This document shows positions 23,150-35,570 of a stretch of DNA of 64,000 bases, piece by piece; within the stretch, counting starts at the first letter, position 1; the number at the start of each line of letters is the position of its first letter. The translations under genes and the position numbers were made by a program. This DNA comes from Mobula hypostoma (Eukaryota): assembly GCF_963921235.1 (NCBI RefSeq), contig NC_086097.1, positions 209,438,001 to 209,502,000 on the forward strand, in the 5' to 3' direction. The notes under the pieces are model-generated. The model did no database searches, was not told where the DNA came from, and worked only from the letters and a program-made list of their open reading frames with translations.

Positions 23150-26100
23150 ACAGAGTGTTGACTAGTTGATTAGAGGGAGTGGGTACTTGAGATAATTGGC
23201 AGGGACAAATCAAAGGAGGGGTAACTGAAGAGGCGTGGCCAGTGTGTCAGTGGCTCAGGGTAGGAGTGGAGCTTTGAGGCAGAGGTGGCTCCCAGCTCGG
23301 TCAGTTCATTTAATTAACTTAGGAGTATGTAATGGAGGCAGCAGTTAGCAGTATGTGGGAAGTCAGGGACAGCACAATTGTCCCTGATGACTACACCTGT
23401 AAAAGGTGCATCCAGCTGCAGTTCCTGACAAACTGAGTTAGGGAACTGGAACTGAATCTGGATGAACTTCAGATCATTCGTGAGGCAGAGGCAGAAGTAG
23501 TCAGGAGTTTCAGGGAGATAGTTGCTGCTAAAAGTCAGGAGACAGGAAGCTGTCAGGAGAGCAAAGGGGAGTAGACAGAATGAGCAGAGCACCCCTGTGG
23601 CCGTTCCCATCAATGATAAGTATACTGTTTTGGGTACTGTTGGTGAGGGCGACCTACCAGGGACAAGTTGTAGTGGTCATGTCTCTGGCACTGATACTGG
23701 ACCCTCAGCTCAGAAAGGAAGGAGGGAAAAGAGGAGAGCAGTAGTGATAGGGGATTCGATAGTTAGGGGGACAGATAAGAGGTTCTGTGGGAGAGATCAA
23801 AAATCCCAGATGGTCTGTTGCCTCCCTGGTGTCAGGGTCCACTATATCTCAGATCGAGTTCTTGGTATTCTCAGGAGGGAGGGTGAGCAGCCAGATGTCG
23901 TGGTCCATGTAGGGACCAATGACGTGGGTAGGAAGGAGGAGGTCCAGCAAAGGGAGTATAGGGAGTTAGGTGCAAAGTTGAAGGACAGGACCTCCAGGGT
24001 TGCAGTCTCAGGATTGCTACCCATGCCATGTGCTAGTGAGGCTAGAAATAGGAAGATAATGCAGCTAAATACGTGGCTAAGGAGATGGTGCAGGAGGGAG
24101 GGCTTCATGTTTCTAGACAATTGGGTTTTGTTCCAGGGAAGATGGGACCTGTTCCGACGGGACGGTTTGCACCTGAACTGGAGAGGGACTAACATCCTTG
24201 CAGGTAGGTTTGCTAGTTCTGCTTAGTGGGGGGGGGGGGGGGGTTAAAATAGATTTGCAGGGGGAGGGGAACCAGAGTGTTAGAGCAGATAGTGAGGTGG
24301 AGGAGGATAAAGTTCATGCAATGACTGCATGTATAGACAGTAATGAAAGGTTTGTACATGATAGAAATGTTCTCAGGTGCAACTATTTCAATGCAAGGAG
24401 TATTGTAGGTAAGGCAGATGAGCCAAGGGCATGGATTGACATGTGGGATTACGACATTATTGCTATTAGTGAGACTTGGTTGCAGAAGGGGCAGGACTGA
24501 CAGCTTAATGTTCCGGGGTTCCATTGTTTCAGACGTGACAGAGAGGGAGGGATGAAAGGGGGAGGGGTGGCATTACTAGTCAGGGAGAATATCACAGCTG
24601 TGTGCAGGCAGGACAGCCCGGAGGGCTTGTCTACAGAGGCCACATGGGTGGAGCTGAGAAACGGAAAAGGTGTGACCACACTAACAGGGTTGTGTTACAG
24701 ACCGCCCAATAGTCAGAGAGAATTGGAGGAGCAAATCTGCAGAGAGATAGCAGACCAATGTAAGAAACAGAAAGTTGTAATAGTAGGGGGTTTTAACTTT
24801 CCATGTATTGACTGGGACTCCCACACTGTGAAAGGGTTAGATGGTGTGGAGTTCATCAAATCTGTTCAAGAAAGTTTTCTAAATCAATATATAGAGGTAC
24901 CAACGAGAGAGGATGCAATACTTGATCTCCTATAAGGAAACCAGACAGGTCAGGTAACAGAAGTATGGGTAGGCGAACATTTTGTGTCCAGTGACCATAA
25001 TGTAATTAGTTTCAAGTTAATTATGGATAAGAATAGGTCTGGTCCTCGAGTTGAGGTTCTAAATTGGAGAAGGAATGTTGAGGAAATGAGAAAGGACCAA
25101 GGAAGAGTGGATTGGGATGAGTTGTTTTCTTGCAATGATGTGTTCAGTATGTGGAAGGCATTCAAAGGCAAAAATTTGAGAGTGCAGAGTTTGCATGTTC
25201 CTGCCAGGATTAAAGGCAAAGTTAACAGGCATAGAGAACCTTGGTTTTCAAGGGATATTAGCGATCTGGTTACAAAAAGGAGAGAGGTGTATAGCAGTAG
25301 GCAACAAGGAAAAAATTAGTCACTTGAAGAGTATAGAAAATGTAAGAAAATACTAAAGAAGGAAATCAGGAAGGCAAAAAGAAGACATGGCAGATAATGT
25401 GTGAAGGTAAACCTGAAGGGTTTCTACAAGTATATTAAGAGTAAAAGGATAGTAAGGGACAAAATTGGTCCCCTAGAAGATCAAAGTGATCTTCTATGTG
25501 TGGAACCTCAAGAGATGGGGGAGATATTAAACAAATTTTTGCATCAGTATTTACTCAGGAAACTGGCATAGCATATATGGAAGGAAGGGAAATGAGCAGT
25601 AGTGTCATGGAACATATGGAGATTAAAGAGGAGGAGGTGCTTTCTGCCTTACAGCGAATAAAGGTAGATAAATCCCCCAGGCCTGACATGACATTTCCTC
25701 AGACCTTGAGAGAGACTAGTGTAGAAATTGCAGGGTCCCTGGCAGAAATATTTAAAATGTCCTTAGCGACAGGTATGGTGCCAGAGGATTGGAGGATTGG
25801 AGGGTAGCTCATGTTGCTCCGTTGTTTAAGAGGCTCCAAAAGTAAACCAGATAATTACAGGCCAGTGAGCCTGACATCAGTAGTAGGTAAATTATTGGAA
25901 GGTGTTCTGAGAGATCGGATATACAAGTATTTGGACAGCCAAGGGCTGATTAAAGATAATCACATGGCTTTGTGCATAGTAGATCATGTTTAATGAATCT
26001 TGTAGAGCTTTTTGAGGAGGTTACCAAGAAAGTAGATGAAGGAAAGGCTGTGGATGCTGTCTACATGGACTTTAGTAAGGCTTTTGACAAAGTCCCACAT

Positions 26101-27232
26101 GGGAGGTTAGTTCAGAAGGTTCAGACACTAGGTATCCATGGAGAAGTTGTACACTGGATTTGAAATTGGCTGTGTGGGAGAAGACAGTGGTAGTGGATGA
26201 CTGCTTATCAGACTGGAGGCCTGTGATGAGTCGTGTGCCTCAAGGATCTGTGCTGGGACCATTGTTGTCTGTTGTCTATATCAATGATCTAGATAATAAT
26301 GTGGTAAATTGGATCAGCAAGTTTACCGATGACACTAAGATTGGAGGTGTTGTGGACAGCAAGGAAGGCTTTCAAAGTTTGCAGAGGGATCTGGACCAAC
26401 TGGAAAAATGGGCCAGAAAATGGTAGGTGGAATTTAATGCAGACAAATGTGAGGTGTTGCATTTTGGAAGGACAGATCAAGGTAGGACATACACAGTAAA
26501 TGGTAGGGCACTGAGGAGTGTGGAGAAAAAAAGATCTGGGAGTTCAGATACATAATTCCCTGAAAGTGGCATCACAGGTAGACAGGGTTGTTAAGAAGGC
26601 TTTTGGCATCCTGGCATTCATAAATCAAAGTATTGAGAATAGGAGTTGGGATGTTATGGGGAGGTTGTATAAGACATTGGTGAGGCCAAATTTGGAGTAT
26701 TGTGTTCAGTTCTGGTCAGCTAACTATAGGAAGGATATCAGTAAGATTGAAAGAGTGCAGAGAAGGTTTACTCGGATGTTGCCGGGAATTCAGGAGTTGA
26801 GTTACGGGGAAAGATTGAACAGGTTAGGACCTTATACCTTGGAGTGTAGAAGAATGAGGGGAGATTTGATAGAGGTTTACAAAATTATGAGGGGTATAGA
26901 CAGAGTAAATGTGAATAGGCTCTTTCAACTTAGATTAGGAGAGATAAATACAAGAGGACATGGCTTCAGGGTGAAAGGGGAAAGGTTTGGGGGAACATTA
27001 GGGGGAACTTCTTCACTCAGAGTGGTGGGAGTGTGGAATGAGCTGCCATCTGACGTGGTAAATGCAGGCTCACTCTTCAGTTTTAAAAATAAATTGGATA
27101 GGTACATGGGTGGGAAAGGTCTGGAGAGTTATGGACTGGATGCAAATCAATGGGACTAGCGGAATAATGTTTTGGCACAGAGTAGAAGGGCCGAATGGCC
27201 TGTTTTCTGTGCTATAGTGTTCTATGGTTCTA
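23150..27232 (+). mobile_element. Near full-length CR1 LINE, inactivated (ORF1 SGNH esterase; ORF2 APE-RT)
   Basis: ORF1 VVIGDSIVRG...HVGTND...DGLHLN; ORF2 [70 protein letters not shown]; tail tgttctatggttcta; several stops and frameshifts; 5' boundary approximate. Confidence 0.93.
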
Positions 27233-28079
27233 ACCTTAGAAATGGATCCAAGGTCACCATATTTTGAAATGTTTCTAATTTGCAATTCTGGACATGGATC
27301 ACTAAGCCAAAGTCCTTGAGAACAATAGGGATGCTGGTAGAAAGAATTGGTTTTATGATTCTTCTGTGCAAGTGATGGATTTCTCATTGTATTTATTATG
27401 TTGCATATTCTAGTAGAAAATTAGTTGGTGGAAAAGGGAAAGAACTAACATAGCTGTTGGAAAGAGCTAGAAGATAATCAGAAATACAGTTAGTTCCCAA
27501 ATGCATGGGTTTCTTTTTGAGAAATAGTAACATGCATTATGATTTCGATTAGATTAGATTATGAGGACACGCAGTCCTCTTTTATTGTCATTTAGTAATG
27601 CATGCACTCAGAAATGATACAATATTCCTCTGGTGTGATATCACAGAAACACAAGACAGAACAAGACTGAAAAACTGACAAAAACCACATAATTATAACA
27701 TATAGTTACAACAGTGCAAGCAATACCGTAACTTGATGAAGAACAGGCCATGGGCACAGTAAAAAAATTGGTTGATGTTTAGAAAATTTGAAATATGAAT
27801 CAATCACTTTACTTCAGACCATCTAGACACTTTCCCTGGATACAGTGTCACGTTGCCACTCTCCCGAGATACATCATGAAAGTATCATGGGTAAAATGCA
27901 TAGCGTTTTATATTTGATCTGGGAGAAGTACATCTGCCATCAATATTATGATTGTTAACAGATATTTACATAGTCAAATAAAATACATTAAAATCCACCC
28001 TGCTTTTCCTCCATCATGGGGCCAGGAAAATGGGAAAAATCTGAAGTATGCTCAGTGTATAGTTTTATATTATTGCTTG

Positions 28080-28365
28080 GATTATTGAAAAGGATAGTGA
28101 GGACTGCTGAGAGATTCTTCGGGGTCTCTCTTCCACCCATCAGAGATGTTTATCAGGAGCACTGCATATACAGAACCCTTAGCATTGTCAATGATCCCTC
28201 CCATCTGTCCACAATCTCTTTGACCTCTTTCCTTCAGGCAGGAGGTACCATAGCATTAGCACAAGAACTGTTAGGATGGGGAACAGCTTCTTCTCCCAGG
28301 TTGTAAAACGACAGAACTGCCTGCCACCAACTAGGCTTCATCATGTATGAAGCACCAGTGGCATT
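28080..28365 (+). mobile_element. Rex1/Babar-like 3' end; host of the ERV, with its UTR resuming at 34341-34535
   Basis: LKRIVRTAERFFGVSLPPIRDVY...IVNDPSH; the AT-rich UTR ending aatgacaat continues after the provirus. Confidence 0.75.
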
Positions 28366-28865
28366 CACTTTATTACAACTGAAGGTTGGCGGACCCAGCT
28401 CGTAAAACAGAAAGACACCAATTCCAATTATCTACTTATAACTACAAAATGTTGTTTATTAGGACAGAATAGCAAGCATTAAAGTGCTTACTTGTGTATG
28501 TGCGGGCCCCTCTCACTACAGCACGCCTCCCACTCTGCCCGAAGTGCAACACCATTCGTGATCAACCCATTAGTGAGGTCTCGAATAACTACCCCCAACT
28601 GCTTTACCTTTTTTACCCTTTCCACGGATATGAAATGTTGCAACAAGTGGTCTACTACATTAGCACCAACTCAAACCACCAAACAAGAAACAATCATCAC
28701 TTGTCACCAATCTTCACGAGTGCTACCCCTGCACTCACCGAACTTTCATGTTCCCATAGCTGTATTCCCAGAGGGTAATCAAAGCTCCTGCTGCCAGTTC
28801 TGTTACATTCTAGGCCACAGTGGTGAGGCATTTGACAAATGCAAAGATTTACCTTTTGTAATACA
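28366..28865 (-). repeat. 3' LTR of the ERV
   Basis: Begins TGTATTAC on the minus strand, directly after the PPT-like CAAGGGCTGGAA; colinear with 33836-34340. Confidence 0.88.
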
Positions 28866-29261
28866 TTCCAGCCCTTGAATGTTGCAACCCCATTACATCT
28901 GGCCCACTGGTTTCAATAAATTCCTGCAGACACCCCACCATATTACAAACAGATTGGGAAAACTCCTAAGCATAAAGGCAAAATGGCTATAGAAACACCC
29001 AGTGCATGATCGTAGCCCACCACCTTCCTGACACTCCAAAAGGCCGCCAACTCCCTCCCAGAGTATATTGTCATGGAACTGATATAATGTTGAGACCAGA
29101 ATACCATAAGAATTAGGGCAGAATTAGGCCCCTCGGCCCATTGAATCTGCTCTGCTATCCCACCATGGTTGACTTATTGTCCCTCTCAACCCTATTCTCC
29201 TGCCTTCTCCCCATAGCCTTTGACACCCTGTCTAATCAAGAACCTATCAATCTTCACTCTA

Positions 29262-29488
29262 ACAACAGGAATTCTGCAGATGCTGGAAATTCAAGCAACA
29301 TACATCAAAGTTGCTGGTGAACGCAGCAGGCCAAGCAGCATCTATAGGAAGAGGCGCAGTCGACGTTTCAGGCCGAGACCCTTCGTCACGAAGGGTCCTG
29401 ACGAAGGGTCTCGGCCTGAAACGTCGACTGCGCCTCTTCCTATAGATGCTGCTTGGCCTGCTGCGTTCACCAGCAACTTTGATGTATG
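29262..29488. mobile_element. Palindromic PLE mini-element with a 13-bp TSD
   Basis: TSD AATCTTCACTCTA (29249-29261, 29489-29501); perfect 90-bp inverted arms 29299-29388 and 29399-29488. Confidence 0.92.
29394..29429 (+). ncRNA. Minimal type-I hammerhead ribozyme motif (PLE-associated)
   Basis: GGUC CUGACGA A GGGU CUCG GCCU GAAACGUC GACU: intact core, stem I GGUC/GACU, palindromic ACGU in place of stem III. Confidence 0.8.
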
Positions 29489-30660
29489 AATCTTCACTCT
29501 AGATATATTCAATGATTTGACTTTCACAGCCTTCCTCGGCAATAAATCCACAGATACACCATCCTCTTGCAAAATAAATCCCTCTTCATCTCTGTACTAA
29601 ATTGGTAGTACAGAAATTGATAGTACAGAGATATTCTGAGGCTCTCTCATCTGGTCCTAGACTCCCGAACTACAGGAAACATCTTCTTTAAACCCACAAC
29701 CAAGAAGTTGGTGCATACTTGCACTGACCCTGTGACATTATGTAGGGGCAGGGTTACAGCAAGCTGGCTAGGTCCTCCCGCCCCCTCATGTAGCACAGTG
29801 GAGGGCAGCAGCCTTCCACCACTGTTTGCTACTATGTAACAGCAGAAGCCATCGGTGAGCCACACGTGCTGTTCCTCTTCCAGGGTTACATCACCATATG
29901 GTTTGCCTCCTTGTATAGGCAATATGTCGAGGGCTACAACCTCATCTGAGGTGCTATGGTTATTGGTGGCTAAGGCCATAACCTGTTCATGGAGGCAGTT
30001 CAGCCCATCGAGGCTTTTATTTGCCCAGTCTGCTATGTACCATTCCCATATGACTATAGAAGGGCGCTGAGCTCGGCCTTCTTTGTGGGTCGCGTTATTA
30101 GATCTCACTCATTGCATAATGGATACATGGTGTCTGGAGATCACCATCTCTGAGCCGGTCTGGTGCTCACTGGCTAAGAAGACCCTGTAACAAGTTTAGG
30201 GATTTCTGTCAAAGGGGTGCATCTGGTTGTATCCTCAAGAAAGGTCTTAGTCCAAAATCCCAAGGGACCCAATGCCCTTTCATTAGCTTCCACAGACTCC
30301 ACTCAGCTACTCGAGAGTTGGCAGAAACCTGTAGTTCAAAAGATACCCCAAGGGGTGGACCTGTTCTACAGCCTGTTTGGCAGTCTCAAAGGTGCCTTGC
30401 TGGCCGGGTCCCCACTGGAAAGAACTCTTTTTCTGAGATACCTGACATGGTCATTATCATTGTCTCCAGTACCCAAATAGCCACACAATGTTGGGTCTCC
30501 TCTTTAGCGGTAGGAACCACCACCCTCAATATTTTTTGTTTACCGGTTCTAGTATCTCCTGATGTACAGAGTGCCACATTATTCCCAGGAACAACACATT
30601 CTGGCTGGTGTCTTGGATCTTTTTGGGGTTAATACACAAACCAACCCCTCTACTTCTGGG

Positions 30661-32195
30661 AGATTCAATTCAAATCGAGTTTAATTGTCATTCAACCATA
30701 CATGAATACTCATGAACTCAGCCAAACGAGATATCGTTACTCCAGGGTTAAGGTGCAAAACACAGTACCAACAGTAAATACACAGTACAAAGCACAAATA
30801 GCACATATAAGATAGAAAGATACAACCACTCAATAAAAAAAGTCCAAACTCGAGCCATCCAACACCACCGAAGTCTGCAGATGACCAAACCAGAGCTTGA
30901 CTACTGCCTATTGAGCACTGGTGTGGGTGTAGCAGCGCCTCCACTAGCCTGGACACCGTGACACTCTGCCCCTAGGTACAGCAAACAAGTGACACCATGG
31001 CTTGAGGCTTAGACCTCACACCTACAAGACAGCAAGCACATATAGGATATCAGTAAAATACAATCACACAAAAATATATATTTAGAGACGAAACCCTGAG
31101 TCCATTGTTCTGCCAAGCGGACTCTACAGGAGAGGGGGTGTCTGCACCAACTCAAGCCTGAATGCTGTGCCATGCCGACCCCACCGGCTCTGATGCCTCT
31201 CTCCCAGTGGCTGTAAACTAGCTTCACCGTGGCTTGTGGCCCTGAAATGAATGCCACTGAAACCTGGAGTTGACTGCAATACGGCTTATCCTCTGCCAAA
31301 TGAACACTGAGCGGGGCAGCAATGATTTCAGTCTGGGCACGGCACCACACCACCCACGATGGTGCGGCAGCTCTGACGCCTCTCTCTTGGTGGCTGTAAA
31401 CAGGCAACATACTGGCTTGAGACCTAGTCCATGCCACTGCCAAGGCCACTCAGCTCCCCCGGCATTCCACAATAACAACATCCAGGTGGAAGAAGGCAGC
31501 ATACATGAGGTTTAGGAAGCAAGGATCAGATGGGTCTATTGAGGAATATAGGGAAGCAAGAAAAGAGCTTAAGAAGGGGCTGAGAAGGGCAAGAAGGGGG
31601 CATGAGAAGGCCTTGGCAAGTAGGGTAAAGGAAAACCCCAAGGCATTCTTCAATTATGTGAAGAACAAAAGGATGACAGGATGACAGGTAGGACCAATTA
31701 GAGATAAAGGTGGGAAGATGTGCCTGGAGGCTGTGGAAGTGAGCGAGGTCCTCAATGAATACTTCTCTTCGGTATACACCAATGAGAGGGAACTTGATGA
31801 TGGTGATGTTCTGGAGCATGTTGATATCAAGGGAGAGGAGGTGTTGGAGTTGTTAAAATACATTAGGACAGATAAGTCCCCGGGGCCTGACGGAATATTC
31901 CCCAGGCTGCTCCATGAGGCGAGGGAAGAAATTGCTGAGCCTCTGGCTAGGATCTTTATGTCCCTGTTGTCCACGGGAATGGTACCGGAGGATGGGAGGG
32001 AGGCGACTGTTGTCCCTTTGTCCAAAAACAGGTAGTAGGTATAGTCCAGGTAATTATAGACCAGTGAGCCTTACGTCTGTGGTGGGAAAGCTGTTGGAAA
32101 AGATTCTTAGAGATAGGATCTATGGGCATTTAGAGAGTCATGGTCTGATCAGGGACAGTCAGCATAGCTTTGTGAAAGGCAGATTGTGTCTAACA
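30661..32195. mobile_element. Inserts within the ERV: - strand LINE 3' UTR-like sequence (about 30661-31480) and + strand CR1 ORF2 fragment (about 31480-32195)
   Basis: attcaattcaa...tttaattgtcatt tail; LNEYFSSVYT, DKSPGPDGIFPRLL, NYRPVSLTSVVGKLLE. Confidence 0.75.
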
Positions 32196-33812
32196 ATCCT
32201 TACTGTATGTAGCCAGTCTGGGATGAGTGACAACCGCAACACCTCGAGGGAGGGGTATAGGGAGATCACGTCTCCTACAGTTGGTGAGTGATCAGCAGCA
32301 GCCCCTTAATTCCCCTGTGAGACTTCTCCCTTCTTATTTTGCCAATGGTTTTTCCATAAAGCATACAAGGCAGCAGTGAGTATCCCATCCACATGCCTGT
32401 ATTGAGCAAGAGCTAAAACACCTCCTTACGGGTCAGGCGATATCCCCCTCTGTCCTCCTCCTCTATCTTGCTTACCTGGCTATGAGCCCCGCCAGCGTGT
32501 TCTATCCTCTCCAAGAGCCCAATAGGCAATGCTGAAGTATTCCTTTCCATCAGCCCTAAAAGGGGCAGTACTATCCTGTTCAGATGGGGCCTGCTATTTT
32601 TACCATGGTCCAGTGGGTCATCACCACCTTCATAAATCCCAGTGATCAGGGTCCACTGACAGAGAACCTTGGTCCCCTCCTCTCCTGTGTTCCAGTCTTC
32701 CCAAGACTTTAACTACCATTCGGGGTGACTGGTAATTACACAGGGGCACTTTAACCTTTTCTGTGGCCATTACTCTTTCCCACAAAGATCTTTCTTCCCT
32801 GACCTTCCCACTGTAGGGCATTGTTTACACGATGGTTTCAAGACAATCCTCCCAGGGCGCCATTTCTCAGTCAGATAAAATCATTCCTCCATGTCCCTTG
32901 TCCTTAACTACTAATGAATCCCCCAATTTCAGTCTGTACCATTCCCTCAGCTCCACCATTTCCATGGTGTAGTCCTTAGTCACCACCAAGCTGGTCACCG
33001 TTTCGGGGTTTCCATTCCTGCTAGCTGGATGATACATTGACCCGGGGGTGTGAGATTATCCCAGAGGAGGGCTTAGTGAGAGAGATTGGTCAGACCGTGT
33101 TCCTATGGAGGTAGTAATCCTAGATGGTCATGCTTTCAATGGCTGTGGGGCATAGGAAGGAGGGTGATTTTCCAGCAGAACCACTACTGAGTTCCAATCC
33201 AGCCTTACCTCCCGATCCTCACCATCAGACCAAATATCCACATCCCAGGTTTCTGGGTCATCGCCCTGTAATATAAGACCATGGGCCTTCACTGGGTCTG
33301 GTTGCCAATTGTCCCTCTGGGCCACTGCCTGCTGCTGGACCATAGACAGGTGGCAGTCAATGTTGACAGTCTTTTCTTCTATCTCCTCAGCCTATGTCCG
33401 TGCCAACCGCGTGGCCTCTGCCATGGTTATGCAGCACTGATTCAATACCTCCACCTCATATGTAAGATTTCCCATTTCATCCTCTTTCTGAAACGATTGT
33501 CTTGTCTCTTTGTTTTATGATGGCTGCCCGCTGCCAAAAAGTCCCTCTCTGGGTCCCCGTCTTGTTCAGGAACACCAAACATTTTAGTACTGACAAGAGA
33601 TGGTGTCCCATCTTTTCCCCTCGGGGGTCCAGCTCGTCCGATCAATCCACCAGCACACTGTGGTCCACCAGCAAATTGGCTAGGCTGCTGAAACCCTGCA
33701 GAGTTATCGGCCCATCCCCTACTCAGTATCCTTCACAGCAGTGGCCTTCCTGCTAACTCTCGCTCTTAAACATTTTTTTGCAAATATTTTTGCTTTCTAC
33801 TGCACCCGCCAG

Positions 33813-33833
33813 ATCCTTTGCCGACTACACCGA
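33813..33833 (-). promoter_or_regulatory. Primer-binding site, tRNA-Ser-like
   Basis: + strand ATCCTttGCCGACTACaCCgA versus the vertebrate tRNA-Ser(AGA) 3' end ATCCTGCCGACTACGCCA. Confidence 0.8.
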
Positions 33834-33835
33834 AA

Positions 33836-34340
33836 TGTTTCATTACAACAAAAAGCTCATGGCAGAAAGACACAAACTCCAGTTATCTGCATAGAACTAT
33901 AAAACTATGTTTATTAGGACAGAACAGAGCAAGCATTAAAATACTTTTCTGGGTAAGCATGGGCCCCTCTCACTTCAGCACACCTCCCACACTGCCCAAT
34001 CTGCAGCGTCAATCACAACCAGCCCATCAGTGAGGCCTTGAAGAACTACATCAGACCCACCACCACCACCACCCCCCCGACCACTCTACTTTGATACCCT
34101 TTCCACTGATATGAAATGCTCCAGTAAGTGGACTAATACCTTACTTAGCACCATCTCAAACCATCAAACCAGAACCAATCATCACTTGTCACAAGTCCCA
34201 CCCCTGTATTCACCTAACTTTCATGTCCCCACAGTTGTATTCCCACAGTGTAATCAAAGTTCCTGCAGCTAGTTCTGTTATGTACAAGGCCACAGTAGTG
34301 ACACATTCAACAAGCACAAAGATGAACCCTTTGCAATATA
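33836..34340 (-). repeat. 5' LTR of the ERV
   Basis: Ends AAACA on the minus strand, directly before the PBS; colinear with 28366-28865. Confidence 0.88.
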
Positions 34341-34775
34341 GCATTATAGTATTTGCTTTTTAACTTTGTGTCACACATGCACCTTATTATTTGTTGATTT
34401 ATTTGTGGTGATATTACTTTATGTGTTGTGTGTGTGAGTTACATATACTGTGTTGTGCACCTTGGTCTGGAGGAACATTGTTTCATTTGACGGTATACAT
34501 TTGTATGGTAAATGACAATTACTGACTGCAACTTAAGTGCCCACACTGCAGACATCCACACAAAGCAATGCTACAAAGATGGATGGTATTGCATACTTGA
34601 AGTGTTTTACATGAATATAATTGATGGTTGATCTCAAACTCAGTAATCAGAAGACTTGCAAGAACTTTGCTTGTCCTTGTAAAAAGAAACACCACTTACT
34701 GTGAGTTATCTGGTTTTTTTAATCTGCCCCTGTAATTTCTAAATTCAAATTTCTAATGAGGTAAATTTTGGCCTC

Positions 34776-35570
34776 AAACACAAGGAATTCTGCAGATGCT
34801 GGAAATTCAAGCAGCACACATCAAAGTTGCTGGTGAACGCAGCAGGCCAGGCAGCCTCTGTAGGAAGAGGTACAGTCGAAGTTTCGGGCCAAGACCCTTC
34901 GTCAGGACTAACTGAAAGAAGAGCTAGTAAGAGATTTGAAAGTGGGAGGGGGAGATCCGAGTGCTCTGTCCGCCAGAGAAAGCAGGATCTCCCAGTGGCC
35001 ACACATTTTAATTCCACGTCCCATTCCCATTCTGATATGTCTATCCATGGCCTCCTCTACTGTAAAGATGAAGCCACACTCAGGTTGGAGGAACAACACC
35101 TTATATTCCATCTGGGTAGCTTCCAACCTGATGGCATGAACATTGACTTCTCAAACTTCCGCTAATGCCCCACCTCCCCCTGTACCCCATCCATTATTTA
35201 TCTATATACACACATTCTTTCTTTCTCTCTCTCGCTCCTATTTCTCCCTCTGTCCCTCTCACTATACCCCTTGCCCATCCTCTGGGTTTTTCCACCCTCC
35301 CCCTTTTTTTTCTCCCTGGGCCTCCTGTCCCATGGTCCTCTCATATCCCTTTTGCCAATCAACTGTCCAGCTCTTGGCTCCATCCCTCCCCCTCCTGTCC
35401 TCTCCTATCATTTTGGATCTCTCCCTCCCCCTCCCACTTTCAAATCTCTTACTAGCTCTTCTTTCAGTTAGTCCTGACGAAGGGTCTCGGCCCGAAACGT
35501 CAACTGTACCTCTTCCTAGAGATGCTGCCTGGCCTGCTGCATTCACCAGCAACTTTGATGTGTGTTGCTT
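34776..35570 (+). mobile_element. 5'-truncated Penelope-like element with an inverted upstream pLTR and a 13-bp TSD
   Basis: TSD AAA(T/C)TTTGGCCTC (34763-34775, 35571-35583); GIY-YIG C-terminus LPVATHFNSTSHSHSDM...EEQHLIFHLGSFQPDGMNIDFSNF; about 150-bp inverted arms. Confidence 0.9.
35470..35505 (+). ncRNA. Minimal hammerhead motif in the pLTR (mirror copy on the - strand at 34874-34909)
   Basis: AGUC CUGACGA A GGGU CUCG GCCC GAAACGUC AACU; one stem I mismatch. Confidence 0.75.

Larger units (their letters stand above)
29104..29692 (-). mobile_element. CR1/HER1 3' end inserted in the ERV RNase H region
   Basis: ccataagaattagggcagaattaggcc tail; same sequence family as 5484-5850 and 40565-41030. 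Confidence 0.8.
28366..34340 (-). mobile_element. Class III (ERV-L/ERV-S-like) endogenous retrovirus, decayed and internally deleted
   Basis: Two about 500-bp direct repeats; 5-bp TSD GCATT (28361-28365, 34341-34345); gag GDDPETWDVDIWSD; pol GRAQRPSIVIWEWYI...LHEQV...EEQHVWLTDG and PLGFWTK. Confidence 0.9.

Noticed and set aside
29262..29488. DNA-transposon MITE or miRNA precursor
   Set aside because: The arms are PLE pLTR sequence seen attached to GIY-YIG coding DNA elsewhere in the window, they are asymmetric, and the TSD is 13 bp.
33813..33833. tRNA gene
   Set aside because: Only the 3' 18-21 nt match a tRNA, and the position next to the LTR identifies it as a PBS.
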